DNA of 64,000 bases from positions 736,001-800,000 of the forward strand of contig BK006949.2 of the NCBI GenBank assembly GCA_000146045.2. The letters run 5' to 3'. Position numbers and translations under genes: made by a program. The notes under the pieces are model-generated. The model worked only from the letters and a program-made list of their open reading frames with translations, had not been told where the DNA came from and made no database searches. Shown here in pieces: positions 1 through 11,305 of the stretch (the first letter of the stretch is position 1; each line of letters starts with the position of its first letter). This DNA comes from TPA_inf: Saccharomyces (taxonomy: Eukaryota).

Positions 1-433
1 AAACCTCCCTGCTGTGATCATGAGTTAAATCGATGTTATTTACAGGATCCATGGTGTGGGATAACAACTCATTTGAGTTGAACAGAGCTTCATCATTTTT
101 TGCATCAAATTCCAGTAGCTTCGAAAAATCAGCGTTATCAAGGTTATCAGGTAATTCAAGTTTCAAATTTCCATTATCGTCTGTAACAGGATTCTCTACC
201 TCGTTTTCAATATCAGTAGTCGTGTTTTGAGGATGTTTTTCCTCTGTTACTATATCAGAACTTTTTGGTAGTTTTGTTTCAATCGGTACCTCGCTTGTCG
301 GTGAATTTGTTATGCTTTCTTTGGTTTCTTGGTCTTTCAATGCGGAAGAATCTATAGTAAACTGTGTTTCAGTGGTAGGCGATGAAGTCCCGACATGATT
401 GCTGCTTTCTATTATTGCCATTTCCCCATCCAT
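1..433 (-). CDS. FHL1: Forkhead-like transcription factor Fhl1, N-terminal ~144 codons. The gene continues beyond the window start; the ATG is the reverse complement of 431-433.
   Basis: Minus-strand translation from 433 reads MDGEMAIIESSNHVGTSSPTTETQF... in frame to position 1. It is absent from the ORF track because it is not terminated inside the window. Synteny: YPR104C lies immediately below COG4. Confidence 0.8.
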   Translation of the reverse strand, partial: MDGEMAIIESSNHVGTSSPTTETQFTIDSSALKDQETKESITNSPTSEVPIETKLPKSSDIVTEEKHPQNTTTDIENEVENPVTDDNGNLKLELPDNLDNADFSKLLEFDAKNDEALFNSNELLSHTMDPVNNIDLTHDHSREV

Positions 434-983
434 CTTATTCTTATATTTGTATAGATATGAGTGGGTTTTTGTTTTGAGCGGCTAGACGTTAAATCAGGTA
501 AAAACCAGTACCAGGTATATTATGGTAATAAAAAAAGGAGAAAATAAAATGCTTTCAAATACAAAATTAATATTCGTGATGACCTTCTACAAGAGAAAAA
601 AATGTGCCAATAGAAAAGTCCTATTTATCCAGCCCAGAAGATAATAGCAAATATTAATAGACTTTAAACTAACTCAAAGGATGACAAAGTTGGCCTTAGA
701 GAAAGAGCTACTCCTTTCTTAGCTTGGTGACGGAATATATTTCAAAGGTTCCTTTGTTTATTTTTTATTAACGCTTTTAATTTTTCTTGTCTTAGTCTTC
801 GTAATTTCCAGTTAATCGCAACGTTCAGAATGATAGTATGGCGCTATCATGTTGTGCTCTTTCATAAGAAAAATAAGAAATGTATTAACAGTCAAGAGTA
901 TGCAGAAAAGGTACAACAGCCAAGATTATGTTTGCGTTTATATGAAACTACTTAGTATTCAGCTCGTAAAGCTTATGTTATAT

Positions 984-3572
984 TTACTGTGTTCTATCAA
1001 TCTTCATATTTCTAGCTTTAATTCTTTCCTGAGAGTTTATCACCCAATCGAAAGTACCATTGAAGTCATCCTTGATATCACCTGTAGTCAAATCAAAATT
1101 GTCATCATCTAAACCGAGAAGCAACACGATTTGTGTCAATTTCAAGAACTTCTCTCTGAGATTATAGTTCAAGCCACACATATTGCCGATGAAAAGGCTC
1201 AGTTCTCTATCTAATTTCGTAACACCAAGTTCATTGAATTCTAGAGTCCATATTCTTTGCTCCAATGTTGTTACGATGTAGTCGACTATGACAGATAGCA
1301 ACTCTGCATATGCTTCGTTGTGAAGAATATTTTTGTAAGGGATAATCAATTGGTTCCATTTGCTATTGAAACTGTTAATTTGCGACAAATCTTCGAAATC
1401 TTCTATGCTTGTGATGTAATTCTTTTGGTTCGAACCTGCAGAATAATCGCGAGACACATTTTTTTGATTGGACGTTGAGGAATTTGATGAGGCTGAATTA
1501 ACAAAAACAGTTCCCAATAAGTTCCGAACCCTATTTTGTAGGATATTTTGGAACAAGTATTTGACAGCCCATTTGCTTAGCTTATCTGTTTGTTCCAGGA
1601 CTAATTTTTCTGAGTTTATAATTAAATTCTGTAACTGCGCTGCATCATTGTCAAAAGGGAAATTGTCTCTCAAAATCCTTTGCGAATCGTCTTCTAATAT
1701 TTCTATGGATAACAGCCTGTGAACGTATACTTTACTCAAGTACAACGTGTTCAGATATATCAAATAATGGTGCAACGCAAGAATGGAATCCTCGTCCTCT
1801 GCAACTACGGCTTGTAAATTTGATTGAATATTTGTCAAAGCGCTAGCTGCTGCCCCTCTAAAAGTGAACCTGCTTAGCGGAGAAAACTTATTTGCAGGTG
1901 GAGAAACCGATCTTGATGTTGCAGATTGCTCCTCACCTTTTGGAATGTATCTTTTCAAAGATACATTGGAGGCTAGTTTCGATTGTAGTAACTTAAATTT
2001 GTTTTGCATAAATTTTACCAGAAATCGGTTCTGAAAAAATTTTACCAACTCGTTCAAAAAACTTGCTAAGAGCTTAAACTGGCCAGTATTAACCACTGAT
2101 ATCAGATTTTTCCGAACTAATAAAATTAAGTCATCTAAAACAGATGTTACAGGGTATGAAATGTTATCGTGGTCATTGAGGGGAACAGCAGTTATAAGAT
2201 CGTTCAGTGACGGTAATTCTTCTAGTGAAATACTATTTCTAAATGATCTCTGCAGATGGTTCAACACAAACACCTGAAACTCATCAAAGACCTTATCTTG
2301 CTTTAACTTTAAGGCAAATTTACCATCTGCTATTGGTGGAGGTGGTTGCAATACATGCGGATGCAAATCGCTAAATTCATTCCATTTAACTGAATAAAAT
2401 CTAGAATACATGGACCAATTTTGAAGTATTTGAGAAAATTCCATTATCAATAATGCCAAGTCATGAATGGATATAATTGAGCTCTTTTCCGTTTCTCCGT
2501 CTGTTTCGATATCCGACTGATTACTGTCTATATTCACATCTTCATTCTTTTGTGAATGTTCCCATTCATTTATATCATGTATAGTCCTTTCTATTTTCCT
2601 CGTCTCCATAAAAATATCTAGAATCAAACTAGCTTGAAGATCAGCTTCTTTTTCTACTTTTTCCATGACATGCACCATGTGCTTTTTTCCATAACACGTG
2701 GCGATGACTTTTGAATGATCATTTATAATGGTCGATACAATTTTAAAAAGATGTAACAGTACTTGTGAAAAAAATCCTTGAAACTTGGTGCTGTTTTCCA
2801 TAGAATTCGACATAATTTTCCTGCTTTCGTCCGCAATAATATCACAGACATATTTGGAATACAGGTCTAAACCAAGTACGTCCTGCCCAATCATAGGGAA
2901 CATTTTGAACATTAAGGTTAGCTCTTTAATATCCTGTGTTCTTGTTGCTTCCATGAATTGCTCCTGAAATAAACTTGTCAGTTCCTTACACCAATTCTTT
3001 ATTAGTATAGCTGGTTCTTCGGGAATTTCACTCGAGGGCACAACTTTCTTGGCAAACTCGGATACAATAAGTTTTTTATCCGGAAGGCTTCTAATTTCAT
3101 TGATTGCTGTCGCAGCAACTAAGTAATCCTTTGTTTCTAAAGCAGAATGCGCCAGTGAAATATTATTCTTTAGCGTCCTGACGTCTTTTACAAATTGTAA
3201 CGTTTTGTTGACCAAAGCGCGTTCCTGATCTACAGTTTCAATATCGTCATGTATAGCTTTTGCTCTTGCGTTCGAAGAAGAAATGGTGGCCACAGTCTCA
3301 TGAAACTGAGTCAAAGTAGTCGTAAGGTTAGTTCTTTGCAATTCTAATTTCCGGGACTCTTTGTTGAGCGATGATTGCGACTGTTGCACAAATGCATTTA
3401 ATTGTTTAGATTGTTTTGCGTAATCATTGGCTATCACTTCAGACAGCTTGTCTATTTGAGATAGTGTCGATAATTTGTCTAATAACAAGGTGTACCTTGC
3501 TAGATTTTTAGACAATTGGCCCTCGATGATCGAGCTCTCCCATGATGCATTCGATTTTTGCCCTTCCATCAA
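984..3572 (-). CDS. COG4: Conserved oligomeric Golgi complex subunit 4.
   Basis: The 862-aa ORF matches COG4/YPR105C (861 aa; the ORF begins MM, so the true start may be the second Met at 3569). Synteny with the neighbouring genes agrees. Confidence 0.9.
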   Translation of the reverse strand: MMEGQKSNASWESSIIEGQLSKNLARYTLLLDKLSTLSQIDKLSEVIANDYAKQSKQLNAFVQQSQSSLNKESRKLELQRTNLTTTLTQFHETVATISSSNARAKAIHDDIETVDQERALVNKTLQFVKDVRTLKNNISLAHSALETKDYLVAATAINEIRSLPDKKLIVSEFAKKVVPSSEIPEEPAILIKNWCKELTSLFQEQFMEATRTQDIKELTLMFKMFPMIGQDVLGLDLYSKYVCDIIADESRKIMSNSMENSTKFQGFFSQVLLHLFKIVSTIINDHSKVIATCYGKKHMVHVMEKVEKEADLQASLILDIFMETRKIERTIHDINEWEHSQKNEDVNIDSNQSDIETDGETEKSSIISIHDLALLIMEFSQILQNWSMYSRFYSVKWNEFSDLHPHVLQPPPPIADGKFALKLKQDKVFDEFQVFVLNHLQRSFRNSISLEELPSLNDLITAVPLNDHDNISYPVTSVLDDLILLVRKNLISVVNTGQFKLLASFLNELVKFFQNRFLVKFMQNKFKLLQSKLASNVSLKRYIPKGEEQSATSRSVSPPANKFSPLSRFTFRGAAASALTNIQSNLQAVVAEDEDSILALHHYLIYLNTLYLSKVYVHRLLSIEILEDDSQRILRDNFPFDNDAAQLQNLIINSEKLVLEQTDKLSKWAVKYLFQNILQNRVRNLLGTVFVNSASSNSSTSNQKNVSRDYSAGSNQKNYITSIEDFEDLSQINSFNSKWNQLIIPYKNILHNEAYAELLSVIVDYIVTTLEQRIWTLEFNELGVTKLDRELSLFIGNMCGLNYNLREKFLKLTQIVLLLGLDDDNFDLTTGDIKDDFNGTFDWVINSQERIKARNMKIDRTQ

Positions 3573-4060
3573 AACTTCACCCTTTTAGAGCCTGACAATA
3601 CAGTATCGTTAGTTTGCGCTACTTCGCTGTCCCAACGAATTTGGTTTGTTTTCTATGTTCTATCTCTATCCCACACTTTTTTCACAATTCCTTTACAGGC
3701 GAAAATTCAAAAAAGTGACGTAAATGGAGTTCTAAAAGCTAAAGCAACAAGTTAATAAGGTTAGAAGATCGTAAATGTGTTTCAAAAGTTGCTTACCTCC
3801 TTCACTATATCTCAGCTGCTTGTATAGCCTATGACGAAAATTTATGTTCCCTAGCAAGGATATAATGTGTCAATCAACATGATCGCAAACCAGCTAGATT
3901 GTGATGTATGGGTCTATCTTATTGTTTATTTTGACTAGCATTGAATAAACAAAAAGCGCTGCTAATAGATTCTTGCCTTTATATAACGGGGATCTAACCT
4001 CATCAACAGCAAAAATCGTCTTAAAACACATCTCAAAGACTAGTTCTCAAACGTCACGCT

Positions 4061-5392
4061 ATGAACAGTACACCTCCTACGTCACCCGTCACCAGGGTTT
4101 CTGATGGTTCCTTTCCATCCATAAGTAACAATAGTAAGGGTTTTGCTTATCGCCAACCGCAAAAACATAAAAGTAACTTCGCATATTCACATCTGGTATC
4201 TCCTGTAGAGGAGCCGACAGCTAAATTCAGTGAGGCATTCCAGACAGATTATTCTAGTAAGGCGCCCGTTGCTACCTCGGAGGCGCACCTAAAGAACGAT
4301 TTAGACGTATTGTTCACTACCCCCCGGTTTTACTCTCCGGAGAATTTGGCTTTAATGTTCCGTCTTTCTAATACAGTTTCTTCCCTAGAATTTCTGGATG
4401 AGTTTTTGATGGGCATATTACTTGCTCCAGAGATGGATTTTTTGTCAAATCCAAGTTATTCTCTTCCGTCTAACAAATTAGTGGGACAGGGAAGTTATTC
4501 ATATGTGTACCCTATATCATCAAGTGCTTCATCAAGATGTAACAACGATTCAGGGGTTGTTTTAAAGTTTGCCAAATCACAGCATAAAAGCAAGGTGATT
4601 TTACAGGAAGCTTTGACGCTAGCATATCTCCAGTACATGAGTCCTTCAACCAATGAAAGTCATATTATTCCATTCTATGGGTTGACATACATAACTAAAT
4701 CCCATTTTAGAAGACTGAGGTCCAACGAATGTGTTCCTGGCCTTATTCTTCCGAAATGCGAAATGAGTTTATATCACTTCAATACAGCAGTGTCACATAA
4801 GCTTTCGTTGATAACAAAAAGAAAAATATGGTGGAGACTTATGAAGCAAATGATAGACGCATTAAAATCTTTGAAAACAAATGGTATAATTCATGGTGAT
4901 ATAAAAACAGCAAATATTTTAATAACAGAAATGCATGTTCTTAATGGAGGCCATTGTAAGGATTTTGACTTCTACCTTGCTGACTTTACGTCGGCATTTC
5001 ACATTAATCAAACACCAACAGATCTGAATACCACGGTAGAATACTGTGCACCAGAACTAATTGATAGCTCCTCCGATCATGTTCCTACATTTGAATCGGA
5101 TTTGTATGCCGTGGGGCTTTGTCTTTTATCATTTATATCGCAGCATGAGCCTTACAACGAACTTCAGGCGTTAGTGTCGCATGGATCCTCTCCAGGTATT
5201 GGCAGTTCATCTATACAGCAGTCCCAATGGCTGATAAATGCTCTTTTGAAAAAAGATCCTATAAATCTAAACATGTTAAGAAACGATTTATTCCAGGATT
5301 GGAAGTCAGAACTAGCATTATTGTCCAGAATTCTGGTTGATAGACTTCCTCTAGAAAATCTCATAACTATACTCGATAGTAACTATATATGA
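4061..5392 (+). CDS. ISR1: Ser/Thr protein kinase Isr1.
   Basis: 443-aa ORF, the same length as YPR106W. Kinase subdomain motifs are present (HGDIKTANILI, DFT, APE). Confidence 0.85.
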   Translation: MNSTPPTSPVTRVSDGSFPSISNNSKGFAYRQPQKHKSNFAYSHLVSPVEEPTAKFSEAFQTDYSSKAPVATSEAHLKNDLDVLFTTPRFYSPENLALMFRLSNTVSSLEFLDEFLMGILLAPEMDFLSNPSYSLPSNKLVGQGSYSYVYPISSSASSRCNNDSGVVLKFAKSQHKSKVILQEALTLAYLQYMSPSTNESHIIPFYGLTYITKSHFRRLRSNECVPGLILPKCEMSLYHFNTAVSHKLSLITKRKIWWRLMKQMIDALKSLKTNGIIHGDIKTANILITEMHVLNGGHCKDFDFYLADFTSAFHINQTPTDLNTTVEYCAPELIDSSSDHVPTFESDLYAVGLCLLSFISQHEPYNELQALVSHGSSPGIGSSSIQQSQWLINALLKKDPINLNMLRNDLFQDWKSELALLSRILVDRLPLENLITILDSNYI

Positions 5393-5437
5393 TAATATAC
5401 ATGTCTATGAAATCGAAAACCCCCAGCCATGCATAGA

Positions 5438-6064
5438 TCAAACTTCACCGTTTATAATTGCGTTTAAACGCCTTTCCTTTTCTTCATCCATTTTCCTGGT
5501 ATTTATCTCATCGTCTCTCTTAATTCTTAATTTACTACCTTCATCTGGGATTATGAACTGTGGATGTTCCATATCACATTCATCCTTCCCTAAAGGACAA
5601 AATCCGGTCATGTATCTTTGACAGAAAACCTTCTTAATATGCCGTCTAGGACAAGAACTCCCCAGAGGACAGAATCCCATTTCGTAATTTTCACATTTTG
5701 GTATCTTGCTAGCGGGATCTATGTGTAGATATTGACAATCTGGACTTTGTGTACAGTACCCGTTTTTGCTGAAGAAGACACATTCAGGCATTTTTCGAAG
5801 ATTGTATTCATGTAAGTATTCACATTGGTCATTCTTTTTGCACAACCCTCGAAGCCAATGTCTACAAACAATTTTATTCTGAAATATTGGTAACACATGC
5901 TTTTTTGGACATAACGGTCCCCTCGGACATGATTTAGGGCCTTCTCTAGAATTGTAAAATTCACAAATAGGTCTGTCAGGATCGAGTGAAAACGAATACT
6001 CTTGCCTGAGGAAAGGTTCAAATTTAAAAGGATATTTTGCTGTATCGGGGTGAATTAGGCTCAT
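5438..6064 (-). CDS. YTH1: Zinc-finger subunit of the cleavage/polyadenylation factor.
   Basis: 208-aa ORF with five CCCH (C-x8-C-x5-C-x3-H-like) zinc fingers. Length and sequence match YPR107C. Confidence 0.9.
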   Translation of the reverse strand: MSLIHPDTAKYPFKFEPFLRQEYSFSLDPDRPICEFYNSREGPKSCPRGPLCPKKHVLPIFQNKIVCRHWLRGLCKKNDQCEYLHEYNLRKMPECVFFSKNGYCTQSPDCQYLHIDPASKIPKCENYEMGFCPLGSSCPRRHIKKVFCQRYMTGFCPLGKDECDMEHPQFIIPDEGSKLRIKRDDEINTRKMDEEKERRLNAIINGEV

Positions 6065-6299
6065 TACATAAACTTATTGATTTTATTCGTCCTAGAATAC
6101 TTGTTTAAGATACAGTGCAGAAATCTTTAGCTTATAATTCAGAAATGTGATATTTTGAAGCGATTGGAACAACAAAGTACAGTGCATTCTATATAATTAT
6201 TAAAAGTTATAGTGGACTATTGTAATAACACTTGTTTTCCCCATATCATAACCGACGGCGCGTAAATGCATGCTCAATCAAGTTTCCGAATAAGTTAAG

Positions 6300-6308
6300 T
6301 TTGCCACC
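6300..6308 (-). promoter_or_regulatory. PACE (proteasome-associated control element, the Rpn4 site GGTGGCAAA) about 150 bp upstream of RPN7.
   Basis: The plus strand reads tttgccacc, whose reverse complement GGTGGCAAA matches the PACE consensus exactly. It sits in the promoter of a 19S proteasome subunit gene. Confidence 0.7.
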
Positions 6309-6453
6309 CATTGAGGATTAATATACACAAGGCAGCATTGAAAAACCTAATTGTTAACACTACACAAATCTCTATTGTTGTAGTAAACTGCGCTTTTTAC
6401 CACTGTTACAATAGTTACTAATACACGCAAAAATTCTGGATAAACACGGCAAA

Positions 6454-7743
6454 ATGGTAGACGTGGAAGAGAAAAGTCAAGAAGTTGAATATGTTGATCC
6501 AACGGTGAATAGGGTGCCCAATTATGAGGTATCTGAAAAGGCGTTTCTTTTGACACAATCAAAGGTTAGTATTGAACAGCGTAAGGAAGCGGCAGAGTTC
6601 GTTTTAGCCAAAATTAAAGAGGAAGAAATGGCCCCTTATTATAAATATCTTTGCGAGGAATACCTTGTTAATAATGGCCAATCTGACTTGGAACACGATG
6701 AAAAGTCAGATTCTTTAAACGAATGGATCAAATTTGACCAGGAGCTATACAATGAATTGTGCAAAAAAAATGAAAGTAAGATTAAAGAGTTAAATGAAAA
6801 GATCCAAAAATTGGAAGAAGATGATGAAGGTGAACTAGAACAAGCTCAAGCCTGGATTAATCTGGGTGAATATTATGCACAAATCGGTGACAAAGATAAT
6901 GCTGAAAAGACGCTAGGGAAATCATTATCGAAGGCTATTTCCACAGGCGCCAAAATTGATGTTATGCTAACAATTGCAAGGCTGGGGTTCTTTTATAACG
7001 ACCAACTTTATGTTAAGGAGAAGTTGGAAGCAGTCAATTCTATGATTGAAAAAGGTGGTGACTGGGAGAGAAGAAATAGATATAAAACATACTATGGTAT
7101 CCACTGCTTGGCCGTAAGAAACTTTAAGGAAGCGGCAAAGTTATTGGTCGATTCTCTAGCAACTTTCACCTCTATTGAATTAACTTCCTATGAAAGCATT
7201 GCCACATATGCATCGGTCACAGGTTTATTCACTCTGGAAAGAACAGACCTAAAATCCAAAGTCATCGATTCACCTGAATTGTTATCTTTAATCTCAACAA
7301 CTGCCGCACTACAATCTATCTCGTCGTTAACAATTTCCCTTTACGCGTCCGATTATGCCAGTTACTTTCCATATCTTTTGGAAACATATGCAAATGTTTT
7401 GATTCCATGTAAATATTTGAATAGACATGCAGATTTCTTTGTTAGAGAAATGAGAAGAAAAGTCTACGCACAATTGTTGGAATCATATAAGACTTTGTCG
7501 CTGAAATCTATGGCAAGCGCATTTGGTGTTTCGGTTGCGTTCTTGGATAACGACCTGGGTAAGTTTATTCCAAATAAGCAACTAAATTGTGTCATTGATA
7601 GAGTTAATGGGATCGTAGAGACCAACAGGCCAGACAACAAAAATGCTCAATACCATCTGCTAGTTAAGCAAGGTGACGGTTTGCTAACAAAATTACAAAA
7701 ATACGGTGCAGCAGTGAGATTGACAGGGTCAGATCGTGTTTGA
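6454..7743 (+). CDS. RPN7: 19S proteasome regulatory-particle lid subunit Rpn7 (PCI domain).
   Basis: 429-aa ORF, the same length as YPR108W. Sequence MVDVEEKSQEVEYVDPTVNR... Confidence 0.9.
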   Translation: MVDVEEKSQEVEYVDPTVNRVPNYEVSEKAFLLTQSKVSIEQRKEAAEFVLAKIKEEEMAPYYKYLCEEYLVNNGQSDLEHDEKSDSLNEWIKFDQELYNELCKKNESKIKELNEKIQKLEEDDEGELEQAQAWINLGEYYAQIGDKDNAEKTLGKSLSKAISTGAKIDVMLTIARLGFFYNDQLYVKEKLEAVNSMIEKGGDWERRNRYKTYYGIHCLAVRNFKEAAKLLVDSLATFTSIELTSYESIATYASVTGLFTLERTDLKSKVIDSPELLSLISTTAALQSISSLTISLYASDYASYFPYLLETYANVLIPCKYLNRHADFFVREMRRKVYAQLLESYKTLSLKSMASAFGVSVAFLDNDLGKFIPNKQLNCVIDRVNGIVETNRPDNKNAQYHLLVKQGDGLLTKLQKYGAAVRLTGSDRV

Positions 7744-8283
7744 GGAATTTACATTATTTAGCAACGCACATAATCACATCAACATGTATACATAGTTTGG
7801 AGACTTGAGTAAATAGTAGTGAGAGGATATATGGATCGGTTCAAGTCAAAGGATTGTAATCATCCTCTTTCTCCTTTAAAACGGAGAGCTTCTATAGTTT
7901 TCAAGCTTCCATTAAAAATTTCAGTATTTAGTTCGGAAAGTTACATAATTGCAATGTCTCATAAAGGACCATGCTTCTTTTGAAAGTGAGGAATCTAAGG
8001 CTGAAAATGCCAATTCTTAAAAAGTAGTATAACCAGAAAAAGGAATCCCCATAAAAGGAAATTCATGATACGGTCATTGTTTCTTCATTTGTTTAATACG
8101 TTGTATTCGAGTGTTCTAGCCAATAAACGATTCAACTAAAACACTTCTGGTTCGCTTTTAGGGATATCGTTGAAATGAAATCACTCCATGATAGTTTAAG
8201 TGTTACAGACATTAAGAGAAGTCGGCTGCAAATTTCCATGCAGACACTTTGTCCCTTCTTGGAGGATACCCTACAGTGTAAAA

Positions 8284-8355
8284 GCCTCCTTAGCTTAGTG
8301 GTAGAGCGTTGCACTTGTAATGCAAAGGTCGTTAGTTCAATTCTGACAGGTGGCA
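8284..8355 (+). tRNA. tT(UGU): tRNA-Thr (anticodon UGU).
   Basis: A 72-nt cloverleaf: acceptor GCCTCCT/AGGTGGC (one mismatch), D-arm GCTT-AGTGGTA-GAGC (A-box), anticodon stem TTGCA/TGCAA with loop CTTGTAA giving anticodon TGT, and T-arm GTTAG-TTCAATT-CTGAC (B-box like). The two spurious 'ORFs' overlapping it are artefacts of the tRNA. Confidence 0.8.
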
Positions 8356-8688
8356 AAATTTTTTCCCTAAAGTTAACACTTATTTAGCTTCTTTTTATAT
8401 AAAAAATCCATGAGAATTGATTCTGCATTTTAGTTTAAATTTTTTCTTTAAGACTATGATGCTTTCATGCACAAGGTTATATTGTTCTCCTTCTCTATAG
8501 TTATTGCAAGGAAATCATATATAACGAAACACAATTTGATCCTTTTGAACCTACATTATCCCGCACTCTTGACGTATCATCAAATAAAGCTAAACTGCGG
8601 AAGCCTAAAAATACTAAGCACGCTATTTGTCATCCATTAGCAGGCCAAAAGCAAACTAATCTATGTTTTCAATAAGGCCAATATAATA

Positions 8689-9573
8689 ATGGATAATTTT
8701 GAAAGTACTGCTGAAGGAAATTTAAGTATAGGAAACAAACGAGTATACGAACTACGAAAAAGAAACTTCCAAAGAAATTTGGTGAATAATTTGAGCTTTC
8801 TCGGGTATGTTTTAATATCATTGGAATATATCAAGTATGATCGTACCGTCTGGACACTTATAACAAGAGCAATAGTGCAATCTCTCATAAGTTCTCCTTT
8901 TCCAAGTGATGCCAAGTTACGTAGGCTAGCGACCCTCGGTGCAGATAATAACACGACGGGGGTTGCAACACTTCCAGGCGGAAGATCTATCAGGTTTCCC
9001 GGAATGTTTGGAACAGAAATGCTTTATAATTCTTCTAGTGAAGCTGAGCAACAAGACCATGATGATACCGCTATTGTGTCCATGAAAAAGCAAATCCGGA
9101 AGTTTTTATTTCATGGTTGCTTATCGTTGAATATGCTTTTCATTATCTTAACAATCCTATTCCCAATTGATTTTTTTGAACCCCTGAGTGGTAGCGAGCC
9201 AGTAGACGATGGCCCTAAGAATACTCCCTCACCCTTTTCCAATTCAGATGGTCTACTTTTGGGTGAGAGAAGAGGTGGGCTTTTTCTACAGATGATCGGA
9301 GAACGGCTACCAAAGAGCAACTTTTCCGGCAATCTTGGATTAGTAATGTTCGAATTTAGCATACTTATTGTACAGTTTACTTTATTTTCACTAACATGTG
9401 TTGTATTGGCAGATTTAGATTTTGAAGAGCCAGAAAGACTAGAACCTGTAAATAGTGATGGCTACGATGGCTCTGTAATAGTTGCACGAATACCATTAAA
9501 TAAAACCATGAATGCCATTTTAAATGACGGCAATATTAATGACAACAATGAGAATGCTAGCAATTCTGTCTAA
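8689..9573 (+). CDS. Poorly characterised membrane protein YPR109W (predicted transmembrane segments).
   Basis: 294-aa ORF, the same length as YPR109W. Hydrophobic stretches ([43 protein letters not shown]). Position between tT(UGU) and RPC40 agrees. Confidence 0.7.
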
Positions 9574-9827
9574 TAGTATATATATGTAGTCCATAAGGGG
9601 TAATGCATATTACTGTTATCGGCACTATTTTATAGAGAGTTACATTTACATATATCATTCTATTACATTTCCTTATCTATGACGATTCATGGGTTTGTAT
9701 TTTTTTGGTAGGATTTGCCAATTCTACTAATACTAGAAGAAAAGATTATACAAAGATAAAGACCCTGAGGTTAAGTATTTAATATTTTTCTCAAACTGTG
9801 TTTTTTTTATTAGTATGCAAAGTAGGA

Positions 9828-10835
9828 TCATTGGGTAATTGGACAGTTTTTCAAATACTCAGCCTTATTCTTTAAAATCCTGACGGATTTGAAAAAAATT
9901 TCTTCTGGTGTCATGGCACCAGCGCTTTCTACGTTGAAAATAAAGTGGTTCCTCACTCTTCCTAATTTAACTTTATCAGCAAACTCTTCGTATCTTAAAA
10001 CCTCCCTGGAAACCGTATCCTTCCTAGCATCTTTGACATACGCTTCATCTGAACCTTCATCAATACCAATAACACCTGGGGGAAAACATTTTTGAAATCT
10101 TCTGGCACTTTCACCTTTGATTGGCTGTAAGATATTGATTTGAGGTAATAATCTATAAGAAGCGGTGGAAACTGGTGAAAATTTAGCATGATCACCACCG
10201 ATACCTAAAATGCAATGTGCCTTCAACGAAATTTCTTGACCAGGCCTTAGCTTAGCTAATAAAATATCAGGATCAGCTGGAACAACCGGACAATCAGCAA
10301 AAGTGGTAGATTGTCTGCCCTGTGGTTCAAACTTCAAATCACGGGCGTAGACATGGGCATTGTTATATAGTTCCTTTGGATCAGTAGATCCCTTTGGAGC
10401 ATCTGGATTTCTTGTGCACTTCACGTTCAAACTCAAAACGATAGTATTTTCATCCGTAAACTTTTCATCGTCCGGCAAATTACTATCAACCCATGTGAGC
10501 ATATCAGGGTCAACTTTTAATGGAACCAAGCCTATTCTATGAGCCAAAACCTCATCTTGGATAACGGATGTATTGTTAAAAAAATAGACGTATTCAGCAG
10601 CCACGGATGGAACCTCGGAAATCATTATACGACGAAAGGCATTCGCAATCGATGTGTCAATGTTTATCAAGTCGAAATTTGCCTCTCTTGCGTCTAATGA
10701 CGAAATATTGACTTCGAAGTCCTTTTTGAATTTTTCCACATTCCACTCGTTTTCTGCATCCTTCGAGAAACCAGGAAAATCCGTGGAGGTTGTATTCGTT
10801 ACACGGTTATATTCAATACCCACAATATTTGACAT
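9828..10835 (-). CDS. RPC40: RNA polymerase I/III shared subunit AC40.
   Basis: The ORF has a 4-codon upstream extension (MKED). The sequence from MSNIVGIEYNRV gives 335 aa, matching YPR110C. It has an RpoA/Rpb3-like fold. Confidence 0.9.
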   Translation of the reverse strand: MSNIVGIEYNRVTNTTSTDFPGFSKDAENEWNVEKFKKDFEVNISSLDAREANFDLINIDTSIANAFRRIMISEVPSVAAEYVYFFNNTSVIQDEVLAHRIGLVPLKVDPDMLTWVDSNLPDDEKFTDENTIVLSLNVKCTRNPDAPKGSTDPKELYNNAHVYARDLKFEPQGRQSTTFADCPVVPADPDILLAKLRPGQEISLKAHCILGIGGDHAKFSPVSTASYRLLPQINILQPIKGESARRFQKCFPPGVIGIDEGSDEAYVKDARKDTVSREVLRYEEFADKVKLGRVRNHFIFNVESAGAMTPEEIFFKSVRILKNKAEYLKNCPITQ

Positions 10836-10894
10836 ATCTTCTTTCACCTACTTACTTTCATGCACTTGATACCTGCTCTTCTACATAATATGAG

Positions 10895-10945
10895 TGAAAT
10901 TTTTTCTTTCAACTCATCGCAATAATTTTTTCACAAAATTTTTGT
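10895..10945 (-). promoter_or_regulatory. Ribosome-biogenesis (Ribi) promoter module upstream of RPC40: a PAC motif with two RRPE (AAAATTTT) motifs.
   Basis: Plus-strand aactcatcgcaat (10911-10923) is the reverse complement of attGCGATGAGtt. RRPE-like gaaattttttc lies at 10895-10906 and aaaatttttg at 10935-10944. These are 60-110 bp upstream of the RPC40 ATG. PAC stands for 'polymerase A and C' box. Confidence 0.7.
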
Positions 10946-11305
10946 GAATCCAAGTCACTATAAACGGAATTAATAAATATTTGCAACATAAAGCACAATG
11001 TATTGTAGCAGAAGACAAACGACAAGTATGGGATAATGCAACATCTCTTTCTAATTAATATAAAATCAAGAATAAGCATGTCTTCTGACTAATTTTTATA
11101 TACAAACACCAAGATCATAAATTTTTGTCTTTGAATGGATAATTAACCCATACACCTCATACAAGATTTTGAGAGTAAACACAAATCAATGGACCTGTAG
11201 TCGGCTAGATCACAGATCATGATGAACTGTATTGTCGCAACAAACTTGTAACTCCAATAGTGATTAGCAACCCAGAATATCGTATTCAACAATAATTCGG
11301 TAGTC

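Noticed and set aside
5719-6021. 100-aa minus-strand ORF in an alternative frame inside YTH1.
   Set aside because: It is fully nested in another frame of the conserved zinc-finger gene and has no independent support.
8132-8387. Two ~70-aa ORFs (8132-8356 minus and 8175-8387 plus) overlapping the tRNA-Thr gene.
   Set aside because: Their translations (e.g. PVRIELTTFALQVQRSTTKLRRL) are the typical nonsense product of reading through a tRNA. The tRNA cloverleaf explains the sequence conservation.
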